From IMG/VR virus record IMGVR_UViG_3300020043_004311, positions 1 through 30,035 of that record: a DNA stretch of 30,035 nt; one strand, written 5' to 3'. The notes under the pieces were generated by a model. It was given only the letters and a program-made list of their open reading frames with translations. It had not been told where the DNA came from and made no database searches. The DNA is from a virus. Taxonomy: Duplodnaviria > Caudoviricetes. Shown in pieces: positions 19,374-27,314 of the stretch; the stretch's first letter is position 1; each line of letters begins with the position of its first letter. The translations under genes were made by a program, and so were the position numbers.

Positions 19374-20258
19374 GTATCCAAACTACCAAGCGAATCAAAC
19401 CAGTTGCTTGAGGCAGTCCTACTAGGTGACTTTGCCAACGGCTCCCCTGAATGGCATGAGCTACGCAATGAGCCAGGTGTTATCGGTGGGTCAGACATCG
19501 CCGCTTGTGCAGGACTATCAAGCTGGACCTCACCCATCACACTCTGGGCAAAGAAAACAGGGCAGATACCTGATGAGGTCACACCTAACATGAGCATGAA
19601 GCTTGGCACAATTCTTGAAAACCCTATCCTCGAACTGTTTGCAGACGAGCACCCTGAGCTAAAGATTCTGACAACAGGAACTTGGGCTAACAAAACTTAC
19701 CCTTGGATGAGAGCAAACCCAGACGGCCTTTACCTAGATGCCAATGGTGAGTGGGGCATTGTCGAGGTCAAGTTCTCTCGGGACTACTGGACAGCGGTGC
19801 CACAGAGTTATCGAGCACAAGTGCTTTGGTACATGAAGGTCTTTGGTATCCGGCAAGCCAAGCTTGTTGCCCTTGCAGGGTCGAGCTACCAGGAGTATGA
19901 CATTGAGTGGGATGAGTTTGAGGCAGACAGCTTGTTTGAGTCTGCTGTCAGATTCCGACAGGCTTGCCTCGATCTAAAGATGCCTGACTGGGATGGTAGC
20001 AACTCAACGCTAGAAACAGTCAGAGCCTTGAACCCTTACATTGAGGATGGCGAGGTTGACCTTGATGAGCTTGGGGTGCACTACTTCAACGCTGTGACAG
20101 ATGCCGAGGCAGCTAACACCAAACTAACCGAGCTAAAGAGTAGAGTCGTAAAAGCTATGGAAGGTAAGAAGCGAGGGCTAGTGTACGGTGACCACATGAT
20201 TAGCCTTAGATCAAGAGCCGGTGGGATGCCCTACCTGCACCACGAGAAGGGAAAGTAA
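19368..20258 (+). CDS. YqaJ-like (lambda exonuclease family) recombination exonuclease
   Basis: EW..LR...IGGSD, LW..KTG, G..LE, ANPDG, VEVK, Y.AQV.WY; TTG start after GAGAGGG SD (ORF track start 19335). Confidence 0.9.
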   Translation: MPVSKLPSESNQLLEAVLLGDFANGSPEWHELRNEPGVIGGSDIAACAGLSSWTSPITLWAKKTGQIPDEVTPNMSMKLGTILENPILELFADEHPELKILTTGTWANKTYPWMRANPDGLYLDANGEWGIVEVKFSRDYWTAVPQSYRAQVLWYMKVFGIRQAKLVALAGSSYQEYDIEWDEFEADSLFESAVRFRQACLDLKMPDWDGSNSTLETVRALNPYIEDGEVDLDELGVHYFNAVTDAEAANTKLTELKSRVVKAMEGKKRGLVYGDHMISLRSRAGGMPYLHHEKGK

Positions 20259-20788
20259 TGGCACAGTTCAACCTTGCAGACTACGAAACAGTAGAGGAAC
20301 GCATCAGGCGGTTCTACAAAGACAACAAAACTGGTCGCATCATCACCGACAACATCACAACCTTGCAGGACAGGCAGGTAAGCACTTGGGTTGTCAAGGC
20401 ATCTGTCTACCTGGATGACCAGACCGACAAGCCCAAGGCAACAGGTCTAGCTTTTGAGGTTGACGGTCAGGGCATGGCTAACAAAACAAGTGCACTAGAG
20501 AACGCTGAAACCTCAGCCATCGGTAGAGCACTAGCCAACGCTGGATACTCAGGCAACAAAAGAACAAGCAGACAAGAGATGGAAAAAGTTGCTAGAGGTG
20601 CAACACCTAAAGCAACAAGCAAAGACTGGATTGCTATGGCAACGGATCTAGGCAATGACATCGAGGGGCTACGATTGCTTTACAGCCAAGCCAAGACTGC
20701 TAACGCAGCACCGGCAACCCTCGCAAAGATACAGGAACTAGCAGTTGGACCGACAAGCACAGAGGATACTACTGACCTCAATAGTTGA
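20258..20788 (+). CDS. Single-strand annealing recombinase (putative)
   Basis: DYETV.ERI, ATGLA.E, ENAETSAIGRAL motifs; coupled to the exonuclease. Confidence 0.7.
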   Translation: MAQFNLADYETVEERIRRFYKDNKTGRIITDNITTLQDRQVSTWVVKASVYLDDQTDKPKATGLAFEVDGQGMANKTSALENAETSAIGRALANAGYSGNKRTSRQEMEKVARGATPKATSKDWIAMATDLGNDIEGLRLLYSQAKTANAAPATLAKIQELAVGPTSTEDTTDLNS

Positions 20789-20960
20789 GCTGCAAGAATG
20801 TCTGCAACAGCAATTTGACAACGGCGAACTTGACCTCGTTTCAGAGCTGTGGCAACTACAAAGAGAGAGAGCGAGAAGGCTAAGAGATGGAAATTATTAC
20901 ACCGAGCCACATAGTCCAAGAACTCCAACGCATAACAGCGGAGATGGACAAGGGAGCTAA
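20745..20960 (+). CDS. Hypothetical protein
   Basis: 71 aa helical ORF, TTG start with AGGA upstream; fills the gap in the operon. Confidence 0.5.
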   Translation: MDRQAQRILLTSIVELQECLQQQFDNGELDLVSELWQLQRERARRLRDGNYYTEPHSPRTPTHNSGDGQGS

Positions 20961-21225
20961 CGCACTCTATGACGCTGAGTGCAAGATGGCTGATGCAGAG
21001 GCCAGTTATGACAAGGCAGTATCTTTAGCCTTTATCAACAATGCTGGGACTGTTGCAGACCGACAAGCTGTGGCTAAATTGCAAGCAGTAGAGGAAAAGC
21101 TAAAGGCTGACCTAGCCAAAGCTGAGTACAACAGGGTACGAACCAAGCTAAAAACCCTGTCAGACCAAGCCACAATGATGGCAGTTATCAGCAAGAATGT
21201 TGAGATCCAATGGAAACACGCCTAG
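20887..21225 (+). CDS. Hypothetical coiled-coil protein
   Basis: 112 aa helical, Ala/Lys/Glu-rich; in the recombination operon. Confidence 0.7.
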   Translation: MEIITPSHIVQELQRITAEMDKGANALYDAECKMADAEASYDKAVSLAFINNAGTVADRQAVAKLQAVEEKLKADLAKAEYNRVRTKLKTLSDQATMMAVISKNVEIQWKHA

Positions 21226-21241
21226 CTGGTAGCCTTGCTGG

Positions 21242-21457
21242 GTGATAGCCGAAACCTGCTCATGTGGTGCCAAGTTCAGGACCGATGAACCTGAGCCGGT
21301 CAAGCTTGTCCGAGAGTGGCGAAGGAAACATACCTGCCAAGAGCAAGACATTACCGACACACCTACCAGCGGTCTAGCAGACACACAGCTTGCAATGGGA
21401 TTCCAACCAGGTGAGATGCCAGCAAAGAAGCATGACCCTTGGGAAGATGATGAGTAA
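21242..21457 (+). CDS. Small Cys/His (zinc-binding) protein, probably leaderless
   Basis: CSCG...WR..H.C; TAGCCT 6 nt before GTG. Confidence 0.65.
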   Translation: MIAETCSCGAKFRTDEPEPVKLVREWRRKHTCQEQDITDTPTSGLADTQLAMGFQPGEMPAKKHDPWEDDE

Positions 21458-21489
21458 AAAAAGACGGCTATTTTTTACAGGTTGCCGGA

Positions 21490-21831
21490 ATGAATAAAAA
21501 GCAGTTTGACAAGTTCTTAGAACGAGATCGAGTCTGCCCTCACTGTGGCACCGACAACGACACGCTTATCCCACAGCACCGAGCTAACCGAGGCATGGGT
21601 GGCAGTAGATCACTAGACCGACCAAGCAACATCATTGTGCTTTGCTCCGAGGCTAATTTTTTGCTCGAAAGTTCAGCTAGGTTTGCTCAGGTGGGCAGAG
21701 AGCTGGGCTGGAAGCTAACCAGGGACCAAGTGCCAGAGTTTACCCCTGTCCTACTCGCTGACGGATACTGGCTTTTAGATAACGACTTTAACAAGACACC
21801 TGTGCCAGAAATCAACACCGAGTACAACTAG
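21490..21831 (+). CDS. HNH-family endonuclease
   Basis: RD..CPHCG...HR.NRGMGGS...SNIIVLC...N. Confidence 0.8.
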   Translation: MNKKQFDKFLERDRVCPHCGTDNDTLIPQHRANRGMGGSRSLDRPSNIIVLCSEANFLLESSARFAQVGRELGWKLTRDQVPEFTPVLLADGYWLLDNDFNKTPVPEINTEYN

Positions 21832-21858
21832 GGTGCTAGGGTGGAAACATAACTAAAT

Positions 21859-21918
21859 AAAAGGCCCCCCTGAGAGAACTCAGAAGGGCCGATACCAACA
21901 ACTGGACTGTTGGCATCC
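21859..21918 (-). ncRNA. Putative cis-antisense RNA to the replication operon leader
   Basis: Minus-strand TATGAT -10 (21930-21925), 10-bp hairpin, then 12-bp terminator hairpin plus U-tract; three G-U pairs form only on minus. Confidence 0.6.
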
Positions 21919-21962
21919 CTACTAATCATAGTGTGCCAACTCATTAGAGAAAGGCACATTTT

Positions 21963-22160
21963 ATGTTTAACTGGGACAACAAAAACCTCGCTGAGGTTCT
22001 GGAAATGTATGGCAACAACATCTTTATGGCCGAGATGGATTATCAGGCTATGGGACTCGACAACGGCCAATGGGTAATGCTAGTCAAAGAGGGCTACGAT
22101 AACAGAGTCATTAGCCCAACAGTAATGATGCTGATGGCTGAGAGAGCAGCTGCAAGATGA
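21963..22160 (+). CDS. Hypothetical 65-aa protein translationally coupled to the initiator
   Basis: GAAAGG SD; ATGA overlap with the next gene. Confidence 0.65.
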   Translation: MFNWDNKNLAEVLEMYGNNIFMAEMDYQAMGLDNGQWVMLVKEGYDNRVISPTVMMLMAERAAAR

Positions 22161-22828
22161 GCGGTGTTTACAAGATTTACCGGCACGATTCGCAACCCTT
22201 TGCCCAGGTGCCCAACAGTGCAATCAGAGATCCAGAGATAAGCCCCAACGCTTTTAGATTGCTTGCTTACCTCATGAGCCACAAAGAGGGCTATGAGCTG
22301 ACCTATGGGCAGATAGAGCGACAGACAACACTTGGCCGATACGCAATCAACGAAGCAATCAAAGTGCTTACTGACAAAGGCTGGCTGAGGACAGAGAGAA
22401 CCAAGAAAGACAACGGCCAGTTTGGTCCAACCTCGTTTCACATCCTTGACCCAGAGGCGGTTGATTCCATAGCGGATGACTCCAGCGTGGGTGGTTCCAC
22501 TATGGAACAGCCAACGGACAATAAGAATACTAATTACTTAGAGAATACTAAAGATAAAGAAAAACACTTAGAGGGGTTTGAAACATTTTGGTTGTTGTAT
22601 CCAAAAAAGGTAGCTAAAGCTGATGCCCTAAAAGCTTGGAAACAAGCAACAAAGAAAAAAACCGCTGATGAGTTGATTGGACTTGTCAAGGTCTACTCTG
22701 AGGGCAAACTACCCGACCAGCAATACATCCCCTACCCAGCCTCTTGGCTAAACAAAGAGCTTTACGATACAGTCCAGGTAGAGCAACCCAAAACATTCCC
22801 GACCCCAATCTACGGCAGGATCAAGTGA
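22157..22828 (+). CDS. Replication initiator (N-terminal winged HTH)
   Basis: F..VPN..IRD..IS..A..LL.YL.SH; FETFW.LYPKKV.K..A.KAW; YIPYPASWLN; upstream of DnaB. Confidence 0.85.
   Translation: MSGVYKIYRHDSQPFAQVPNSAIRDPEISPNAFRLLAYLMSHKEGYELTYGQIERQTTLGRYAINEAIKVLTDKGWLRTERTKKDNGQFGPTSFHILDPEAVDSIADDSSVGGSTMEQPTDNKNTNYLENTKDKEKHLEGFETFWLLYPKKVAKADALKAWKQATKKKTADELIGLVKVYSEGKLPDQQYIPYPASWLNKELYDTVQVEQPKTFPTPIYGRIK
22466..22573. other. Putative replication origin inside the initiator gene
   Basis: Three TCCA-N3-(C/T)GG(A/G) quasi-palindromes at 15-bp period followed by AT-rich AGAATACTAA repeats. Confidence 0.55.
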
Positions 22829-24057
22829 GCAACTTCGAGGAATCAGTCATCGGCTCAGTGCTGCTAACTAACGGCAAAGCACTCGATGACCTGACACTCA
22901 CACCGGCAGACTTCTACGACCTCAACAACGGCAAAATCTACGAGGCCATGCTTGAGCTAAAGCGTGACAGGCAGCCTTTAGATGTTGTCACTGTTTCTGC
23001 AATGTTGCCTCGGTTTGCAAGCTTCCTGCATGACTGCATGACAGCAACCCCAACCGCTGCAAGTGTCGGCTACTACGCCACCAAGGTAGTCGAGGAATCA
23101 ACTAGGCGAAAGCTCGCACAAGCTGGCACCATGATTCACCTCAAGGCTCAGAGCGATGACCTACCTGCTGCTATGGATCAAGCCAAGAGAGAGATTGACA
23201 ACCTCATTGACAGAAACCAAGCAACCAAACCTAGCTATGTTTCTGAGGAACTAATCCCTTACCTCGATGAGATTGACAAGCCAAAAGATTACCCAGTCAG
23301 CCCTTGGGCAGGACTCAATGACATCCTCGGTGGCTTTAGACCAGGTGCCCTTTACATCATCGGTGCTCGACCTGGTATCGGTAAAACAATCGTTGGCTTG
23401 CAGATTGCTTGGGAGCTATCCAAGACAGGACCGGTCAGCTTTCACTCACTTGAGATGGGCAAGTCAGAGTTGTACAACAGAATCATCTCGATGGAAGCTG
23501 AGGTCTACATTGGCAACATTGAGAAGGGCACACTCAAGGATGTTGACTGGACCAAGATTGCCAGGGCAAGAGAAGAAATCCAAAAGCACCAGCTCGCTAT
23601 CCATGACAAGTCAGGCCAGAACCTAATGCAGATTAGAGCCTTAGCAAACTCAGTCAAGGGCAACGGCAAGCTCAGGGCGATTGTTGTTGACTACCTTGGT
23701 TTGATTCAGGACACAGAGAAGGGCCGAAAGAGATACGAGATGATTACCGACATCTCCATCGGGCTCAAGAACCTAGCTCGTGACCTCGATGTCCCAGTCA
23801 TTGCCCTAGCCCAGCTCAACCGAGGACCAGAGCAACGCAAAGACTCGAAGCCCGACCTAGCTGACCTTAGAGATTCAGGCGGTATCGAGCAAGACGCTGA
23901 TGCAGTAATCCTGTTGCACCGAGAGTCAATAGCTGAGGATCAGTTTGAGTGGCAAAAGAGCTGGATGATTATGAAGGTTGCAAAGAACCGACAAGGTGGC
24001 TTAGGCGAGGCAGGACTCAAGTTCGAGGGTCACCTGTCCAGAGTTGTCGAGGGCTAA
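22825..24057 (+). CDS. dnaB: Replicative DNA helicase, DnaB family
   Basis: GARPGIGKT Walker A, SLEM, IVVDYL, AQLNR, DLRDSGGIEQDAD, KNRQG; GTG start overlapping the initiator stop. Confidence 0.95.
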   Translation: MSNFEESVIGSVLLTNGKALDDLTLTPADFYDLNNGKIYEAMLELKRDRQPLDVVTVSAMLPRFASFLHDCMTATPTAASVGYYATKVVEESTRRKLAQAGTMIHLKAQSDDLPAAMDQAKREIDNLIDRNQATKPSYVSEELIPYLDEIDKPKDYPVSPWAGLNDILGGFRPGALYIIGARPGIGKTIVGLQIAWELSKTGPVSFHSLEMGKSELYNRIISMEAEVYIGNIEKGTLKDVDWTKIARAREEIQKHQLAIHDKSGQNLMQIRALANSVKGNGKLRAIVVDYLGLIQDTEKGRKRYEMITDISIGLKNLARDLDVPVIALAQLNRGPEQRKDSKPDLADLRDSGGIEQDADAVILLHRESIAEDQFEWQKSWMIMKVAKNRQGGLGEAGLKFEGHLSRVVEG

Positions 24058-24066
24058 GATTATGGC

Positions 24067-24342
24067 GTGGATGACAATGTGGCCTTATGTTGCCGATGTG
24101 GTGCAACCTGGAAGGTCAACACCCATAAGCGAAAGAGGAAAGACCTCAAGTGTCAGTCCTGCCGGATGCACCGAGCCTTGGTCATCAAGTACGGCTCTGA
24201 GAAGTGCCTACCTTGGCAAGGTGAGTTTGACAAGGCAACCCTCAGCATCCCAATGTTTGACGGCCAGCCAGTCCTACCAGGCATTAGATCTTGTGGCCAC
24301 ACAGACTGCACCAACCCCAATCATGTCTTAGGTGACCATTAG
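24067..24342 (+). CDS. Cys-rich zinc-binding protein (His-Cys box-like C-terminus)
   Basis: CCRCG, CQSC, CGHTDCTNPNH; TAAGAT 6 nt before GTG. Confidence 0.65.
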   Translation: MDDNVALCCRCGATWKVNTHKRKRKDLKCQSCRMHRALVIKYGSEKCLPWQGEFDKATLSIPMFDGQPVLPGIRSCGHTDCTNPNHVLGDH

Positions 24343-24378
24343 AGTAAACAAAACAACAAGAGATAAGGAAACAAAGAG

Positions 24379-24711
24379 ATGGCAAGTATCAAAGTCAAGG
24401 GCACTATTACACGAGTGTTTTACGAAGGCAAAGGGCTAGAGGTATCTGAGCAGTTTCAGACCAAAGCCGGTGAGTCAATAACCAAGCGTTATACAGTTTG
24501 GCTAAGACAAGCAGGTCAGTACGATGTCGGCGATGAAGTATCGGTTGAGGGTCTTTATAGTTCAGAGATTGACAACTGGACCAACAAAGAAGGCGAGTCG
24601 AAGCAGTCCATCAAGGTCAGCATCAACAACCCCAACATCACCCCTGCTGATCCAATCGCCACAATCAAAGGCATCTTTGAGCCGACCCACAGCGAGCCGA
24701 TGCCCTTTTGA
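24379..24711 (+). CDS. ssb: Single-stranded DNA-binding protein (OB fold)
   Basis: GD.V.VEG...W..K.G...; C-terminal PMPF tail; AAGGA RBS. Confidence 0.7.
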   Translation: MASIKVKGTITRVFYEGKGLEVSEQFQTKAGESITKRYTVWLRQAGQYDVGDEVSVEGLYSSEIDNWTNKEGESKQSIKVSINNPNITPADPIATIKGIFEPTHSEPMPF

Positions 24712-24875
24712 AAGAACTCCGATGGCTAGTCCCTGCCCTAACAGCAGGACTTTTGCTAAACCTATCGCTCGACACCACTAGCCCTCTGGCTGGGTGGGGG
24801 CTGGCCCTCGGTATCTTCTACGGCATCGCTGCCATAATGGGAGCATGGGACTTGTATGGCAGAGGTAAGCCTTAG
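24708..24875 (+). CDS. Small membrane protein (55 aa)
   Basis: MKELRWLVPALTAGLLLNLSLDTTSPLAGWGLALGIFYGIAAIMGAWDLYGRGKP; TTGA overlap with the ssb stop; not in ORF track. Confidence 0.55.
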   Translation: MKELRWLVPALTAGLLLNLSLDTTSPLAGWGLALGIFYGIAAIMGAWDLYGRGKP

Positions 24876-25254
24876 CGTTGTCGGTGATCCTGCCAGCCAA
24901 GGCAGTCACGCAATTATGCAGGGCCGAATAGTCCAAGTCAATAGCAAGAAACACAAGGCTTGGCGAAACGCCATCACCCAAACAGCCCTCGCAACCCTGC
25001 CAGCCGACTGGGAACCCATTGACGAGCCATGCGAGCTTATTGTCAACTTCTACATGCCAAAGCCAGCGTCAGCAAAACGCTCATTGCCTACTGTCAGCCC
25101 AGACCTAGACAAGCTGATTAGGGCAGTCGGGGACAGCCTCACAGACTCAGGGGTAGTCGTAGATGACAGCCGAATTGTCAGGATCTCAGCCCGAAAGCTC
25201 TACGCCATAGGCATTGAACCAGGTGCCACCATCGAGGTCAGAACCCTCAACTAG
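24856..25254 (+). CDS. rusA: RusA-family Holliday junction resolvase
   Basis: G.P.SQGS, PDLDKL.RAV.DSL, DDSRIV motifs. Confidence 0.9.
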   Translation: MAEVSLSVVGDPASQGSHAIMQGRIVQVNSKKHKAWRNAITQTALATLPADWEPIDEPCELIVNFYMPKPASAKRSLPTVSPDLDKLIRAVGDSLTDSGVVVDDSRIVRISARKLYAIGIEPGATIEVRTLN

Positions 25255-25263
25255 GGGTTTATT

Positions 25264-25335
25264 CCGACACGCCGAAAAAGGCAAAAAAACCTAAAAAATA
25301 CCAAAAAAAGCCAAAAAAGGTGCTAGGTTTGTCTT
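25264..25335 (+). promoter_or_regulatory. Promoter with five phased A-tracts and upstream GACAC
   Basis: CCGACACGCC; A5-A7 tracts ending at 25279, 25289, 25298, 25309, 25318; gcTAGGTT at 25324-25329. Confidence 0.6.
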
Positions 25336-25369
25336 ATGACCCAAGGGGGGTCAAAGAAGGAGCACCAAA

Positions 25370-25558
25370 ATGAGCAACATTCAAGACATCATGGCAACAG
25401 CAAAAGTTTCACAGACAGACGCAGTAGAGCTACAAGAAGTCATCATGAACGAGGACTTGCTTGATTGGTCAGAGTGCACCACAGCTCAGTTCAAGAAGGC
25501 AATCAAATTAGCTCAGTCTTTTATTGCTAATGGCAAGAGCTGGGAGTTCACAGCATGA
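25370..25558 (+). CDS. Hypothetical protein
   Basis: 62 aa, strong AAGGAG RBS. Confidence 0.7.
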   Translation: MSNIQDIMATAKVSQTDAVELQEVIMNEDLLDWSECTTAQFKKAIKLAQSFIANGKSWEFTA

Positions 25559-25716
25559 AGGGCTGGCTACTAACAGTCAGCATCCTTTTATCTTTTGGCA
25601 TGGTACTCGCTATCCAGCAATACAGCTTCACACTTGGCTACCTCATTGGGGCAGTCCTAATTGCGATTCACTTCCTTGTCATTGCACTTTGGTTTACTCG
25701 CAAGGGTGCCAGATGA
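25555..25716 (+). CDS. Small two-helix membrane protein (53 aa)
   Basis: MKGWLLTVSILLSFGMVLAIQQYSFTLGYLIGAVLIAIHFLVIALWFTRKGAR; ATGA overlaps at both ends. Confidence 0.7.
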   Translation: MKGWLLTVSILLSFGMVLAIQQYSFTLGYLIGAVLIAIHFLVIALWFTRKGAR

Positions 25717-25901
25717 ATAAGAAAACACAACAACTACTTATCGAGGCTCGAAGCTGGGCAGATGAGCAGTATGAGCTAAAGGGTGGGCAACTTGGCACAG
25801 ACCTTTACTTCAAGAACAAGCACCGAGCAATGATTGAGCTTATAAATCACATCGAAGCAACACAAACAGAAAAGAGCGAGCATGGCCAATTACAATCCTG
25901 A
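25713..25901 (+). CDS. Hypothetical protein (62 aa)
   Basis: MNKKTQQLLIEAR...; ATGA coupling indicates start 25713 rather than 25524. Confidence 0.65.
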   Translation: MNKKTQQLLIEARSWADEQYELKGGQLGTDLYFKNKHRAMIELINHIEATQTEKSEHGQLQS

Positions 25902-26124
25902 ACCAATCGAGTTTGCAGTCATGGACTACAACCCGAACCAATACAACTTTGGAGTAGCAAAGGCCGATGGAATACACATGGGCAGGATGCTAATGAAGGA
26001 TGAGGTGCTGCGACTTATTAAAGCTGCCTACCCTCAGCCAACCAAAGCAATCACAATCATCATTGACCTAATCGAGGGGGTGCCAGTTGATACAGATAGC
26101 CGTTACTCAGATTCCGTCAGATAA
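25882..26124 (+). CDS. Hypothetical protein
   Basis: 80 aa, overlapping operon packing. Confidence 0.65.
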   Translation: MANYNPEPIEFAVMDYNPNQYNFGVAKADGIHMGRMLMKDEVLRLIKAAYPQPTKAITIIIDLIEGVPVDTDSRYSDSVR

Positions 26125-26281
26125 GCTCGCTGCTTACAACAAGGGAAGGCGTGACCAGCTCAAGGCCATGTGGTCAATCATCGAGGCACTACGCATCGGA
26201 GGTGTCTTAGACATTGCAACCGGACACATGATCCTCAATGAGCTACACACTATTGACCAGCGACCAAAGGTGGAGATGTGA
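26087..26281 (+). CDS. Hypothetical protein
   Basis: 64 aa, GAGGGGG SD before TTG. Confidence 0.6.
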   Translation: MIQIAVTQIPSDKLAAYNKGRRDQLKAMWSIIEALRIGGVLDIATGHMILNELHTIDQRPKVEM

Positions 26282-26475
26282 ACGACCTACAAAGCATCAT
26301 CGCTGACAGCTCAATCAGAGCCTTCAATCATGGCATGAGAGCCGAGCGTGAGCACATTATTCGCTTGCTTGCCGAAACAAAAGATGAAACCTTATGCACC
26401 TGTGACGGCTGTAAAGAGTGGGTCAATGCTTTTGACTATGTGATTGCCAGGATAGAAGGCAAAATCCATGAGTGA
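26278..26475 (+). CDS. Hypothetical protein (G..AERE.II.LL motif, CxCxxC)
   Basis: 65 aa, GGAG SD, GTGA overlap. Confidence 0.65.
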   Translation: MNDLQSIIADSSIRAFNHGMRAEREHIIRLLAETKDETLCTCDGCKEWVNAFDYVIARIEGKIHE

Positions 26476-26653
26476 GTACGAGCAGGGCACAGCCAACGGC
26501 AAACGCATTGAGCGTGAAGCCATCCTCGAATACATCGAGTATCACCCACAGGCCACACTCTCAGACATCATTGACGAGATAGAGGGCCGCTACAAGTTTG
26601 ACCAGAGAATGAAACTAGGGGGTATCCAATGGGCAGCACACTGGCGGAGATAG
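26468..26653 (+). CDS. Hypothetical protein (G..IEREAI motif)
   Basis: 61 aa, GAAGG SD. Confidence 0.65.
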   Translation: MSEYEQGTANGKRIEREAILEYIEYHPQATLSDIIDEIEGRYKFDQRMKLGGIQWAAHWRR

Positions 26654-26754
26654 AGATGAGGCTTGAGCTACTTAGCATCGAGCTAAAGGAACTGTCAAAG
26701 ATCATCCAAGAGATAGATGCAAGGGCACAGGAATTGCAGGATGGCAATGTTTAG
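26629..26754 (+). CDS. Small coiled-coil protein (41 aa)
   Basis: MGSTLAEIEMRLELLSIELKELSKIIQEIDARAQELQDGNV; AGGGGG SD; not in ORF track. Confidence 0.55.
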   Translation: MGSTLAEIEMRLELLSIELKELSKIIQEIDARAQELQDGNV

Positions 26755-26998
26755 TGCAACCAAGCGTAAGTGGCTTAGGCGTAAGGCTAATGAGATCTGG
26801 TACCGAGGCTACGCCGCCGGATACCAAGACTCACACTATGACACCCTTGACTTCTTTGCTGACCAAGTAATCCTTGAAATACAAGAGGATGCAGTCCTCA
26901 GCATGACAGCAGACTTAGACACCTTAGAACGCATTGTCGAAATCATCGAGGCGGTGAAAGACAATGGGGAAACACATCGGCACAAGAGCCAGGACTAA
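26741..26998 (+). CDS. Hypothetical protein
   Basis: MAMFSATKRKW...YRGYAAGYQD...ERIVEII; AGGA upstream of ATG 26741. Confidence 0.6.
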   Translation: MAMFSATKRKWLRRKANEIWYRGYAAGYQDSHYDTLDFFADQVILEIQEDAVLSMTADLDTLERIVEIIEAVKDNGETHRHKSQD

Positions 26999-27089
26999 CT
27001 GGCAATTCCAGCTACGCTATTACAGGTACAGGATTCACTTTTACCTTGGCAGAATAGTCAAGGCATACATAACACGAGGCAGAAGCTAA
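26964..27089 (+). CDS. Small basic protein (41 aa)
   Basis: MGKHIGTRARTNWQFQLRYYRYRIHFYLGRIVKAYITRGRS; fills the gap before 27099. Confidence 0.45.
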   Translation: MGKHIGTRARTNWQFQLRYYRYRIHFYLGRIVKAYITRGRS

Positions 27090-27098
27090 GGGGCAAAG

Positions 27099-27314
27099 AT
27101 GCTTGAAGGGTTAGAACCACCAAAGAAAATACCAGCTTGTAAGGTTAGAGCTGTGATGCAAGGGCTAGAGGCTAAGGATCAAGAGATACTAAAAAACGCT
27201 CTTGCTAATCCTGAGTGGCCTCACTCCACACTTGCCCATGAGCTAAACAAGCGAGGTGTCAAGATAAGCGAACAGCCTGTCAGGATGCACAGATTAGGAA
27301 GGTGCTCTTGTTAG
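27099..27314 (+). CDS. Small HTH-like protein with C-terminal H...CSC metal site
   Basis: C.V...L...D...L..AL...LAHEL..RG..IS...V..HR...CSC. Confidence 0.65.
   Translation: MLEGLEPPKKIPACKVRAVMQGLEAKDQEILKNALANPEWPHSTLAHELNKRGVKISEQPVRMHRLGRCSC

Noticed and set aside
21454-21478. GTAAAAAA/TTTTTTAC inverted repeat as a terminator
   Set aside because: Almost purely A-T stem with a 9-nt loop and no tail; too weak to call
22744-22824. N-terminal extension of DnaB in the ORF track
   Set aside because: Overlaps the initiator; GTG 22825 with AGGA upstream and GTGA coupling is the better start
25336-25464. Leaderless ORF from ATG 25336
   Set aside because: Out of frame with the RBS-supported 25370 gene and low-plausibility peptide; more likely just the transcription start
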